Source: Shimwellia blattae DSM 4481 = NBRC 105725 (GTDB lineage: Bacteria; Pseudomonadota; Gammaproteobacteria; Enterobacterales; Enterobacteriaceae). From it: a DNA stretch of 24,000 bases. This document shows, piece by piece, positions 1 through 6,339 of this stretch. The stretch's first letter is position 1. Each line of letters begins with the position of its first letter. Both the position numbers and the translations under genes were made by a program. The notes beneath the pieces are model-generated. The model saw only the letters and a program-made list of their open reading frames with translations, was not told the origin of the DNA and did not search any database. The stretch covers positions 1,481,422 through 1,505,421 of the forward strand of contig NC_017910.1 of NCBI RefSeq assembly GCF_000262305.1, given 5' to 3'.

Positions 1-1
1 T

Positions 2-763
2 TTCAGCATCGCCAAAGGGAAGCTGGTGACATACATCATGCCCTGCTTTGTGCCGCTGGCGCTGCTGATGGCCCGCTATGCTACCGGGCTGGCAACAGCG
101 CAGGGGGCGCAGGCGCTGCGGGTATTCCGGGCCAATGGGGTGATTAACCTGCTGGTGGGTATCGCCGGAGGCGTCGCCGCACTGGTGCTGGCACCCTGTT
201 TTTACCGCGAGCCGCCGCTATGGTTGCCCCCGGAGTTATATAAAACTTTCCTTGCGCTGCTGGGGTTTACTTTCTGGGGGGTTACCGGCTGGTTATTGCT
301 CCGGGATCCGCTCCGGCGCTGGCCCGGGGCGATATTGTGCCCGCTTGGGGTTGCACTGGCGTTTGGCCTGGCGGTACCGGATCGCATTATGGACAGTAAA
401 AACCCGCAGGTGCTTATTGCTTTCGCCCGGGAGCCCCTGGACAACAGCCGCTACATTCTGAGCAATAATGTGGGGGTGGCGGCGGGGCTGGCCTGGATGC
501 TTAAACGCAGCGATATTCAGCTCTATGGCTCAAAAGGCGAGCTGAAGTATGGCATTAATTATCCGGACGGGGCCGGGCAATATGTCAGCCGTGAGGATTT
601 CAGCCACTGGCTGGCGCAACATCGTCAGGAGGGGCGCGTCTCGCTGGTATTACACCTGGGCCATGGCGAAGATCCCGACCATTTACCGCTGCCTGTACCG
701 GACCGTATCTACCAGCCGGGGAGTACAAGCCGCCAGGTTCTGCTGGAGTATCTCCCCCGGTGA
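2..763 (+). CDS. arnT: ArnT (undecaprenyl-phosphate-L-Ara4N:lipid A transferase), C-terminal part; the 5' end lies outside the window
   Basis: The frame is open from the window edge (FSIAKGKLVTYIMPCF...). SIAKGKL, GVAAGLAW, GELKYGINYPD and HRQEGRVSLVL match my recollection of the E. coli ArnT C-terminus. The stop overlaps the arnE start (GTGA). Confidence 0.9.
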   Translation, partial: FSIAKGKLVTYIMPCFVPLALLMARYATGLATAQGAQALRVFRANGVINLLVGIAGGVAALVLAPCFYREPPLWLPPELYKTFLALLGFTFWGVTGWLLLRDPLRRWPGAILCPLGVALAFGLAVPDRIMDSKNPQVLIAFAREPLDNSRYILSNNVGVAAGLAWMLKRSDIQLYGSKGELKYGINYPDGAGQYVSREDFSHWLAQHRQEGRVSLVLHLGHGEDPDHLPLPVPDRIYQPGSTSRQVLLEYLPR

Positions 764-1089
764 GCGGCTGGCTGCTGCTGGTGGGGGCCAGCGTGCTGAG
801 CTGCCTGGGCCAGTTGTGCCAGAAGCAGGCGGCGCTCTCAGGCTACCATCGCTCCCGGGTGGTGGGCTGGCTGGCGCTGGCGCTGTTACTGCTGGCGGGC
901 GGCATGCTGCTGTGGCTGGGGGTTTTACAGCGCCTGCCGGTGGGGGTGGCTTACCCGCTGCTGAGCCTGAATATTGTCTGGGTGACGCTGGGCGCCCGGG
1001 CCTTGTGGGGTGAGCAGGTATCGCGGCGCCACTGGCTGGGGATCGGGCTGATTGTGGCCGGGGTGATACTGGTCGGGGGGAGTGCCTGA
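760..1089 (+). CDS. arnE: ArnE, Ara4N-undecaprenyl phosphate flippase subunit (small multi-TM protein)
   Basis: 109 aa. GQLCQKQA, VPVGVAYPLLSLNIVWVTL and VSRRHW resemble E. coli ArnE (PmrL). The GTG start overlaps the arnT stop, and the position in the operon fits. Confidence 0.85.
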   Translation: MSGWLLLVGASVLSCLGQLCQKQAALSGYHRSRVVGWLALALLLLAGGMLLWLGVLQRLPVGVAYPLLSLNIVWVTLGARALWGEQVSRRHWLGIGLIVAGVILVGGSA

Positions 1090-1457
1090 TGGGGGTGTTC
1101 TGGGCGTTGTGCAGTGTTCTGCTGGTCAGTATCGCGCAGTTGCTGATGCGCTACGCCATGCAGCAGCTCCCGCCTGGCTCACTGGCGGCGCTGTTTTCCG
1201 GCCCGGGGCCGGTGATGATCCTCGCCTGTGGGGTAGGGGGGTATCTGGCCTCGATGGGGTGCTGGTTTATGGCGCTGCGGCGTATTCCGCTAAGCCGTGC
1301 TTATTCGCTGTTAAGCCTGAGCTATGTACTGGTGTGGGGAGCGGCACTGCTGCTGCCGGGGTTCGGGGAGCATTTTTCCCGGGCGGGGGCGGCGGGTGTA
1401 GTGCTGATTGTCGCCGGGGTGATGGTTATCTTCAGCCCACAGTCGGGCAGAAGATAA
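1089..1457 (+). CDS. arnF: ArnF, Ara4N-undecaprenyl phosphate flippase subunit
   Basis: 122 aa hydrophobic protein. SIAQLLMRYA and LSRAYSLLSLSYVLVW resemble E. coli ArnF (PmrM). The start abuts the arnE stop (TGATG). Confidence 0.85.
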   Translation: MGVFWALCSVLLVSIAQLLMRYAMQQLPPGSLAALFSGPGPVMILACGVGGYLASMGCWFMALRRIPLSRAYSLLSLSYVLVWGAALLLPGFGEHFSRAGAAGVVLIVAGVMVIFSPQSGRR

Positions 1458-1468
1458 CGGGTGATTTA

Positions 1469-1497
1469 CCGGAAGCCCGGCGAGGCGGGGCTTCCGG
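1469..1497. terminator. GC-rich hairpin between convergent arnF and the repeat-protein gene (possible bidirectional terminator)
   Basis: ccggaagccc / gggcttccgg forms a 10-bp stem with a 9-nt loop. It lies 12 nt after the arnF stop and 14 nt after the minus-strand stop at 1511. The U-tracts are weak on both sides. Confidence 0.45.
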
Positions 1498-1510
1498 GGC
1501 AGAATCACGA

Positions 1511-2635
1511 TCAGAAAGAGCGATGGAAGTTGGCGATGGGCAGTACCGGTACTGCGGCGTTGGTTGCCACGTTAATCAGACCAATTTGTAAACCTTCCAG
1601 GTTATTGGTGACGTTCACCAGACCAATCTGGAAGTTTGTCGCGCTGGCGCTGTTTAACAAGCCGAAGTCGAAGGTGCTGCTGCCGGTGGACATGTTTACC
1701 ACCCCGAGGTTCATGCCGGTCACGTTGTTGGCTACGTTAAATGCGCCCAGGTTCATACCGGTGACGTCATGTGACAAGTTAATCGCCCCCATGTTGAAAC
1801 CGGTGACATCGCCGGTCCAGTTCAGGGCGCTGATGTTGGCGCCGGTCATATTGCCGGATTTATTAAATCCCGCCACGTTCAGGCCGGTAACATCGCCGGA
1901 GACGTTAACAATCCCCGCATTCACCCCGGTAATTTTACCTTCGCTCCAGTTACCCAGTGCGCCAATATTGACCCCCTGAACATCGGCGGTGTGGTTAAGC
2001 AGCGAGACGTTCAGGCCCTGCGTGTTGCCCGCGGTCCAGTTAAGTGGCGCAACGTTCACCCCTTTGACTTCGCCTCCGGTATAGTTACCCACCCCGACGA
2101 TATTGGCACCATAAATGCTGCCTTCGGTATCATTCCCCAGGCCTACGGTGTTCAGGCCGGTAATATTGCCGGTTGAATAGTTCCCAAGGCCCGCCAGGTT
2201 CCAGCCGGTGGCATTGGCGGTGGTGTTGGCAAGGCCCAGGTTAAGGCCCGTCATGTTGGCGGTGCCGCTGTAAAGGCCAATGCTGGCACCGTTGAGGTTA
2301 CCAAGCTGGTTAGCCAGGCCAATATTCAGGCCGTTATCTTCGCCCCCGTGCCAGTTAAACAGGTTAAGCGCCATCCCGTTCATACCGTTACGGATATGGT
2401 CACCACCGACACCCAGCTCCAGCCCGTTCAGTTTGTCCATTTCCGTATAACCGAGGATCGGCATATCAACACCGTTAACGGTGCCGGTTTGCCCGTAGAG
2501 AAATGTACCGTGGAAACCGTTGACCTCGGTATCATCCGGAAGATTGCCGAAAGAGGAGAGCTGCACCGGGGCCGCATAACCCGCGCCGGATACCAGTGCG
2601 CATGACAGTAATAAACCTAGTGTTGAACGTTTCAT
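1511..2635 (-). CDS. Secreted Asn/Gly-rich repeat protein (about 16 tandem 14-16-residue repeats); family not recognised
   Basis: It has a Sec-type signal peptide (MKRSTLGLLLSCALVSGAGYAAP). The repeats follow N-x-[ST]-G-x-[VI]-[TQ]-G-[LVFM]-N-[VIML]-[GA]-x-[LIVF], for example NVSGDVTGLNVAGF / NKSGNMTGANISAL / NWTGDVTGFNMGAI / NLSHDVTGMNLGAF. The protein ends in ...ANFHRSF, an aromatic C-terminal residue as in outer-membrane proteins. GC is similar to the core. Confidence 0.75.
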   Translation of the reverse strand: MKRSTLGLLLSCALVSGAGYAAPVQLSSFGNLPDDTEVNGFHGTFLYGQTGTVNGVDMPILGYTEMDKLNGLELGVGGDHIRNGMNGMALNLFNWHGGEDNGLNIGLANQLGNLNGASIGLYSGTANMTGLNLGLANTTANATGWNLAGLGNYSTGNITGLNTVGLGNDTEGSIYGANIVGVGNYTGGEVKGVNVAPLNWTAGNTQGLNVSLLNHTADVQGVNIGALGNWSEGKITGVNAGIVNVSGDVTGLNVAGFNKSGNMTGANISALNWTGDVTGFNMGAINLSHDVTGMNLGAFNVANNVTGMNLGVVNMSTGSSTFDFGLLNSASATNFQIGLVNVTNNLEGLQIGLINVATNAAVPVLPIANFHRSF

Positions 2636-3059
2636 TTTTTTCCCTGTTTTTCTTATGCAGAAAATCCGCAGTTATGTTGGTGCACTGTTTTAATGGTTTT
2701 ATTATCCACAGCCATCATGGCAGGTGGGTAATAAATGTACTGGTCATGCATACTTATAAACAGCGACACCCATTGGATATAAAATACCGCGCTGTGTTAA
2801 TCAGGATTCGCTAAATGTGCCGCTAAGAAATATTAATATGAATGAATTGTGCTTATCGTCCATTGTCAAGTACCATATGGGCGGTGATTATTGCCCCCGG
2901 TGATTAATGTCTGACCGGGGCGATAGTTTATTATCCGGTGGAAACCTCTTTCTGCGATTTCCCCGCACAATGGCTCTTTTCCGCTAATCATATTGTCATC
3001 GCGGTATGTTATTGATATTTGTGGCAATTAAGGTAATTTTTAAATTTTTCTACCGGTAC

Positions 3060-3625
3060 GGTATTCCGTATTTGGATGATTACGAACAGCAGTGATCACC
3101 GCATTCTATCTGTCACTCGGTCTGTTCTGCCACAATGACTGGCTGGGTGAAAAAATTCTGTATCTGCAGCAAACCGTAGGGCACGAGAAAAGCGCAGGGA
3201 TCTCTAAGGCTGTTTGTATACGTTTCCCTTATCTTCAGTTTCTTATGTAATTGATGGTATTGATTGGGAGTAAATAAAATATCCAGTCGTAAAACCTGAC
3301 TATTTATTGTCGTTAAATAAATTCTGGCAAATAGAAAACTGATAACATCATAAATAGTAGAATAATACCAACAATGGAAAGTCGCACTTTTACACGTAAC
3401 CAATTGGTGTACTGATTAGGAAGCTCTTTAATGAAACGTATTTGTTCATTATTCATTCCCCGCGTATGAAATGAGTTTTCTTTAAAGTATAATGCTTTAA
3501 TAAAGAATGCATCACGCATAAATGAGAAAAATAACCCCCCATCCTGATAAATTAAAACTTCAACTGGTCTTGCTCCAAATTTTTCAACAAATAGCGAGCA
3601 AAGAGTAATGAATTTATTTTTCGAA
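3060..3625. repeat. Repeat D, copy A (3' two-thirds of immunity-like gene A plus about 250 bp downstream tail); pairs with 5626-6191
   Basis: Collinear with 5626-6191 at a constant offset of 2566 bp with no net indel. Identity is roughly 90-95% by eye. Confidence 0.85.
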
Positions 3626-3735
3626 GCACGATCGTAAATGATGGAAATAATAACCGTAAGTATTAGGCATAAACACAATGCTAATCCAATCGGGTTTCGA
3701 TACATAATTATAAAATTAATTACCGAAAATTTCAT
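3313..3735 (-). CDS. Two-TM membrane protein, candidate immunity protein for the upstream glycine-zipper ORF (paralogue A)
   Basis: 140 aa counted from ATG 3735 (MKFSVINF...). I prefer this to the track start at 3750 because GGAG lies 8 nt upstream, the ATG overlaps the upstream stop (GTATGAAA), and the paralogue starts at the equivalent MKLSAINF. It has hydrophobic N-terminal (IGLALCLCLILTVIISII) and C-terminal (LSIVGIILLFMMLSVFY) segments. Confidence 0.7.
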   Translation of the reverse strand: MKFSVINFIIMYRNPIGLALCLCLILTVIISIIYDRASKNKFITLCSLFVEKFGARPVEVLIYQDGGLFFSFMRDAFFIKALYFKENSFHTRGMNNEQIRFIKELPNQYTNWLRVKVRLSIVGIILLFMMLSVFYLPEFI

Positions 3736-4097
3736 ACAGCTGTTCTCCACCCTAATGTCCCAACAGCACTTCCCACTGTACTACCAGCGTACCCTAAACC
3801 AACACCAGCAACACCACCGCCCGTACATAAAAACCGGGATCGAAGGGATAATTTAATGTCTGGGGTGAGGTAGCCCGGCACCTTGGGAAAAACAATTACA
3901 GTGACACGGTGGCAACCCTCAGCACTAAATACAGTTTTAAATAACCCACTGTATTTTTTGTGCTGATTTATTTGATACCCGCCTACAACTTTCCTGGCGA
4001 GTATCGTGTTGCAAGTCCTGTAAGTCCATTGTACACAGCAGGCTAGTTTGTTATTGACTTCATTACCGCTCGTTAGGCGGTTGATCTTTCGTTCCAT
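3732..4097 (-). CDS. Small ORF with a C-terminal glycine-zipper segment; candidate Hcp-associated membrane-active effector (start uncertain, may be partly degenerate)
   Basis: This is a 121-codon ORF open in AT-rich DNA immediately 3' of hcp. The C-terminus CTGGGVAGVGLGYAGSTVGSAVGTLGW is a G-x3-G zipper. Its stop is coupled to the next gene by an ATGA overlap. Against it: ATG 4097 lies 25 nt inside hcp with no SD, and the first ~90 residues are Cys-rich with rare codons. Confidence 0.4.
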   Translation of the reverse strand: MERKINRLTSGNEVNNKLACCVQWTYRTCNTILARKVVGGYQINQHKKYSGLFKTVFSAEGCHRVTVIVFPKVPGYLTPDIKLSLRSRFLCTGGGVAGVGLGYAGSTVGSAVGTLGWRTAV

Positions 4098-4564
4098 GAG
4101 TCTGTGTACTGGATATTACCATCAAGAATTTTCCATGTTATTTTTTCATACTGCAGGCTGACGCTTTCAACGTGATTCATTTTGTCATTACCAGCCAGTT
4201 TAACGTTTGGTACGCCACAATTAACGCCTGTTATTTTCACATTTTCCATAAGGACCGAGTAATAACAAACCTCTTGTCCGGCATGGTTGATATGATAAAA
4301 ACGAATTTCAGCACTTTTCAGAGTTTGTCCTGTTGCTGCTGCTTTGTACAGGTAGGGCGTAGAGCTATCAACTTCTTTTTCAATCATCATTGATGAATGC
4401 TGGCGAGTACCGGTAATCTTACCATTGGCATTATCTACTGGAATATTAATCCCGTGGCTTAATCCAATGATCTCTATGCTTCCATCTCGATCCTGAACAT
4501 CTACAGAACCTTTAATATCTGCTCCACCATCGTCTTTAATCCACATATACGGAGGGATAGGCAT
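4073..4564 (-). CDS. hcp: Hcp (T6SS tube protein, TssD), orphan copy
   Basis: 163 aa. MPIPPYMWIKDDGGADIKGSVDVQDRDGSIEI..., SSTPYLYKAAATGQTLKSAEIRFY and ...YEKITWKILDGNIQYTDSWNERSTA closely resemble Salmonella and E. coli Hcp as I remember them. AGGAG lies 9 nt upstream of the ATG. Confidence 0.92.
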   Translation of the reverse strand: MPIPPYMWIKDDGGADIKGSVDVQDRDGSIEIIGLSHGINIPVDNANGKITGTRQHSSMMIEKEVDSSTPYLYKAAATGQTLKSAEIRFYHINHAGQEVCYYSVLMENVKITGVNCGVPNVKLAGNDKMNHVESVSLQYEKITWKILDGNIQYTDSWNERSTA

Positions 4565-4565
4565 T

Positions 4566-4838
4566 TTATTTTCTCCTGATTAATTTGAACGCTAGCATGG
4601 TTAAAATGTAAAGCACGGTTGTTATTGAAAAAATACTGATTACTGATATATAAACGTAGAGTTCATAAAAATTATCTGCTCCAGGCTCTTCTGAATCATA
4701 GATAAATCGCCCTAATTCGAGTGTTAAATTGTGATTCATCCATATTTCCGGGGGGCCAATTGCGCGTCCTACACATAAAGACAGAAGGATGTAATATAAT
4801 ATTTTTGAAGTTTTACGAACAAATATAGGTATAGTCAC
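4566..4838 (-). CDS. Small membrane protein, candidate immunity protein for the Tlde1-like effector (start uncertain)
   Basis: It sits in the classic immunity position between the effector and hcp. Its stop is 1 nt before the hcp ATG. I chose GTG 4838 (GAGG about 9 nt upstream) over the track start at 4862; ATG 4736 is an alternative. There are hydrophobic segments ILYYILLSLCVG and LYVYISVISIFSITTVLYILTMLAF, with a loop of about 35 aa between them. I recognise no similarity to Tldi1. Confidence 0.5.
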   Translation of the reverse strand: MTIPIFVRKTSKILYYILLSLCVGRAIGPPEIWMNHNLTLELGRFIYDSEEPGADNFYELYVYISVISIFSITTVLYILTMLAFKLIRRK

Positions 4839-5334
4839 TGGCAACCACCTCAATCCAGCCACGGGCCATAAGGGAACGCATACAGGGAACCTGAATCAGT
4901 GATGTGTTCATTAACGCATTACGGATTTGCGCATAATCAGAATTGTGGGCAATGGTGATGCAACCTTCTGAAATAGTTCCTGGGTGAAGTCTGAATAACC
5001 CCCTATAGACGCCGTCTATCCATGTTCCGTCATCAATGCCCCAGTCATCCCGATAGAGAGCAAACCATTCATTATGCCCAAATTGGGTGCCGTTATAAAT
5101 TTTATTAAATAAATCAAGAGATTTTTCTCTTATTTTTGATACCAGTCCACCAGAACCACGATCAACAATCCAGTATTTACCTGGCGGTATTGGCCCTTCT
5201 CCTTTAACAGCACCACATGCGCCTTTGTTTCTGTAAATACTATTACCGGAAAAGGCCATAAATACGCCCACACCATACAGATTGAAGGGGGCGTAATCTG
5301 CGCCGTTTAATATCATTTTCCCTTGCAGTGCCAC
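4813..5334 (-). CDS. tlde1: Tlde1-like (DUF2778) T6SS effector; predicted L,D-transpeptidase-fold peptidoglycan-targeting toxin
   Basis: FMAFSGNSIYRNKGACG..GPIPPGKYWIV, NEWFALYRDD and FRLHPGTISEGCITI (a His...Cys signature) match my recollection of DUF2778/Tlde1 proteins encoded beside hcp in Salmonella SPI-6. GTG 5334 has AGGA 5 nt upstream, and it is retained in the duplicated copy. ATG 5316 is an alternative start. Confidence 0.72.
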   Translation of the reverse strand: MALQGKMILNGADYAPFNLYGVGVFMAFSGNSIYRNKGACGAVKGEGPIPPGKYWIVDRGSGGLVSKIREKSLDLFNKIYNGTQFGHNEWFALYRDDWGIDDGTWIDGVYRGLFRLHPGTISEGCITIAHNSDYAQIRNALMNTSLIQVPCMRSLMARGWIEVVASDYTYICS

Positions 5335-5564
5335 AGGAATCCTGTTTCTTCTGACCGTTCAGAACATTAATTTTACAGTTCTCTCCTTCGGCATGCTGGA
5401 AATACTTTCTCGGAAAAGAACTTAAAATTAAACGTATTCAGGTTAAATTAAACCTATTTGCTATTCATTATTAAGCCGCTGATAGTTCATTTTATTAATT
5501 ATGATGAGAGTAATATATAACACGGATACCCAAAAGGGGCTCTGCATACCTGGTGCTGCGCCGT
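5330..5564. repeat. Repeat R, copy 1 (235-bp upstream/leader region of the tlde1-hcp operon); pairs with 6335-6569
   Basis: Aligns with 6335-6569 at a constant offset of 1005 bp. I counted 13 mismatches in 235 bp and no indels. Confidence 0.9.
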
Positions 5565-5625
5565 AGTGGCAGGTACGAACATGGCGAAGATCGGCAAAGT
5601 GTTTGCTGATGTTCGAGATCAGTTG

Positions 5626-6191
5626 GGTATTCCTTATCTGGATGATTATGGATAGCGGCGGTTACTGCATTCTATCTGTCATTCGGTCTGTTCTGCCACA
5701 ATGACTGGCTGGGTGAAAAAATTCTGTATCTGCAGAAAACCGTAGGGCACGAGAAAAGCGCAGGGATCTCTAAGGCTATTTGTATACGTTTCCCTTATCT
5801 TCAGTTTCTTATGTAATTGATGGTATTGATTGGGAGTAAATAAAATAGTCAGGCGTAAAACCTGACTATTTATTGTCGTTAAATAAATGCTGACAAATAG
5901 AAAACTGATAGCATCATAAATAGTAAAATAATACCGACGATGGAAAGTCGCACTTTTACACGTAACCAATTGGTGTACTGATTAGGAAGTTCTTTAATGA
6001 AGCGTATTTGTTCATTATTCATTCCCCGCGTATGAAATGAATTTTCTTTAAAATATAATGCTTTAATAAAGAATGCGTCACGCATAAATGAGAAAAAGAA
6101 TCCACCATCCTGATAAATTAAAACTTCAGCTGGTTTTGCTCCAAATTTTTCAACAAATAGAGAGCATAGAATCATGAATTTTCTCTTAGCT
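5626..6191. repeat. Repeat D, copy B (3' two-thirds of immunity-like gene B plus downstream tail)
   Basis: See copy A at 3060-3625. Confidence 0.85.
5846..5868 (-). terminator. Rho-independent terminator of immunity paralogue B
   Basis: tagtcagg/cctgacta forms a perfect 8-bp stem with a 7-nt loop, 10 nt after the stop at 5879. On the minus strand it is followed by TTTTATTTA. In copy A (about 3281-3302) the left arm is disrupted. Confidence 0.6.
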
Positions 6192-6301
6192 AACTTGTCA
6201 TAAATCACGTAAGAAACATAATTAATTATTCCAAGAATCAAAAAGATCCCAGCGATTTCAACTCGATATGTCGTTATAAAATTAATTGCCGAAAGTTTCA
6301 T
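5879..6301 (-). CDS. Two-TM membrane protein, orphan immunity-like paralogue B
   Basis: 140 aa (MKLSAINF...). Residues 45-140 differ from paralogue A at 5 positions, while residues 1-44 are only about 40% identical. GGAGGAG lies upstream, and the ATG overlaps the TGA of a 13-codon scar ORF. Confidence 0.7.
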   Translation of the reverse strand: MKLSAINFITTYRVEIAGIFLILGIINYVSYVIYDKLAKRKFMILCSLFVEKFGAKPAEVLIYQDGGFFFSFMRDAFFIKALYFKENSFHTRGMNNEQIRFIKELPNQYTNWLRVKVRLSIVGIILLFMMLSVFYLSAFI

Positions 6302-6339
6302 ACAACTGTTCTCCTCCTAATTCCCCGATGCGGAGCCAC
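6298..6339 (-). pseudogene. 13-codon fusion mini-ORF: the tlde1-type GTG start joined in frame to the last ~9 codons of a glycine-zipper toxin gene (deletion scar or coupling leader)
   Basis: The sequence reads GTG GCT CCG CAT CGG GGA ATT AGG AGG AGA ACA GTT GTA TGA. The first 5 nt and everything upstream match R1 and the tlde1 start. The last ~30 nt match the 3' end of ORF 3732-4097 (GGG ACA TTA GGG TGG AGA ACA GCT GTA TGA). The TGA overlaps the ATG of paralogue B. Confidence 0.55.

Noticed and set aside
1461-1979. 172-aa plus-strand ORF with a periodic ...PVT... pattern.
   Set aside because: The periodicity is only the reverse-complement image of the Asn/Gly repeat gene on the minus strand. 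That gene has a signal peptide and a proper start.
2894-2920. Hairpin ccccggt...accgggg in the AT-rich spacer upstream of the repeat-protein gene.
   Set aside because: It is a 7-bp stem with a 12-nt loop, no U-tract on either strand, and no gene end nearby. The evidence is not enough to call a terminator or regulatory element.
3025-3050. PmrA-box-like (TTTAAA-N6-CTTAAT) and PhoP-box-like (tgtttgtatacgtttc near 3209) sequences, looked for because the arn operon is adjacent.
   Set aside because: The spacing is wrong: 6 nt or 4 nt rather than 5 between half-sites. The half-sites are imperfect and lie downstream of genes rather than in promoters. In AT-rich DNA such matches are expected by chance.
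3113-3403. 96-aa ORFs at 3113-3403 and 5679-5969, conserved in both repeat copies.
   Set aside because: They start at a TTG about 90 nt inside the immunity-like genes, in another frame and with no SD. Their conservation is explained by the DNA duplication. I keep them only as part of the conserved-tail observation, not as gene calls.
4073-4097. Possible Hcp-extended-toxin fusion by a -1 frameshift from hcp into ORF 3732-4097.
   Set aside because: The 25-nt overlap (TGGAACGAAAGATCAACCGCCTAA) contains no X-XXY-YYZ slippery heptamer. Hcp also ends with its canonical ...SWNERSTA C-terminus.
5465-5551. 28-codon hydrophobic mini-ORF in both R copies (MQSPFWVS[VA]LYITLIIINKMNYQRLNNE), reminiscent of a type I toxin peptide. 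In R2 the track extends it to 64 aa (6466-6660).
   Set aside because: The only SD-like AGG lies 2 nt from the ATG. I recognise no antisense RNA or family motif. The single synonymous and single non-synonymous difference between the copies are uninformative. The 64-aa extension runs into unrelated GC-rich flank.
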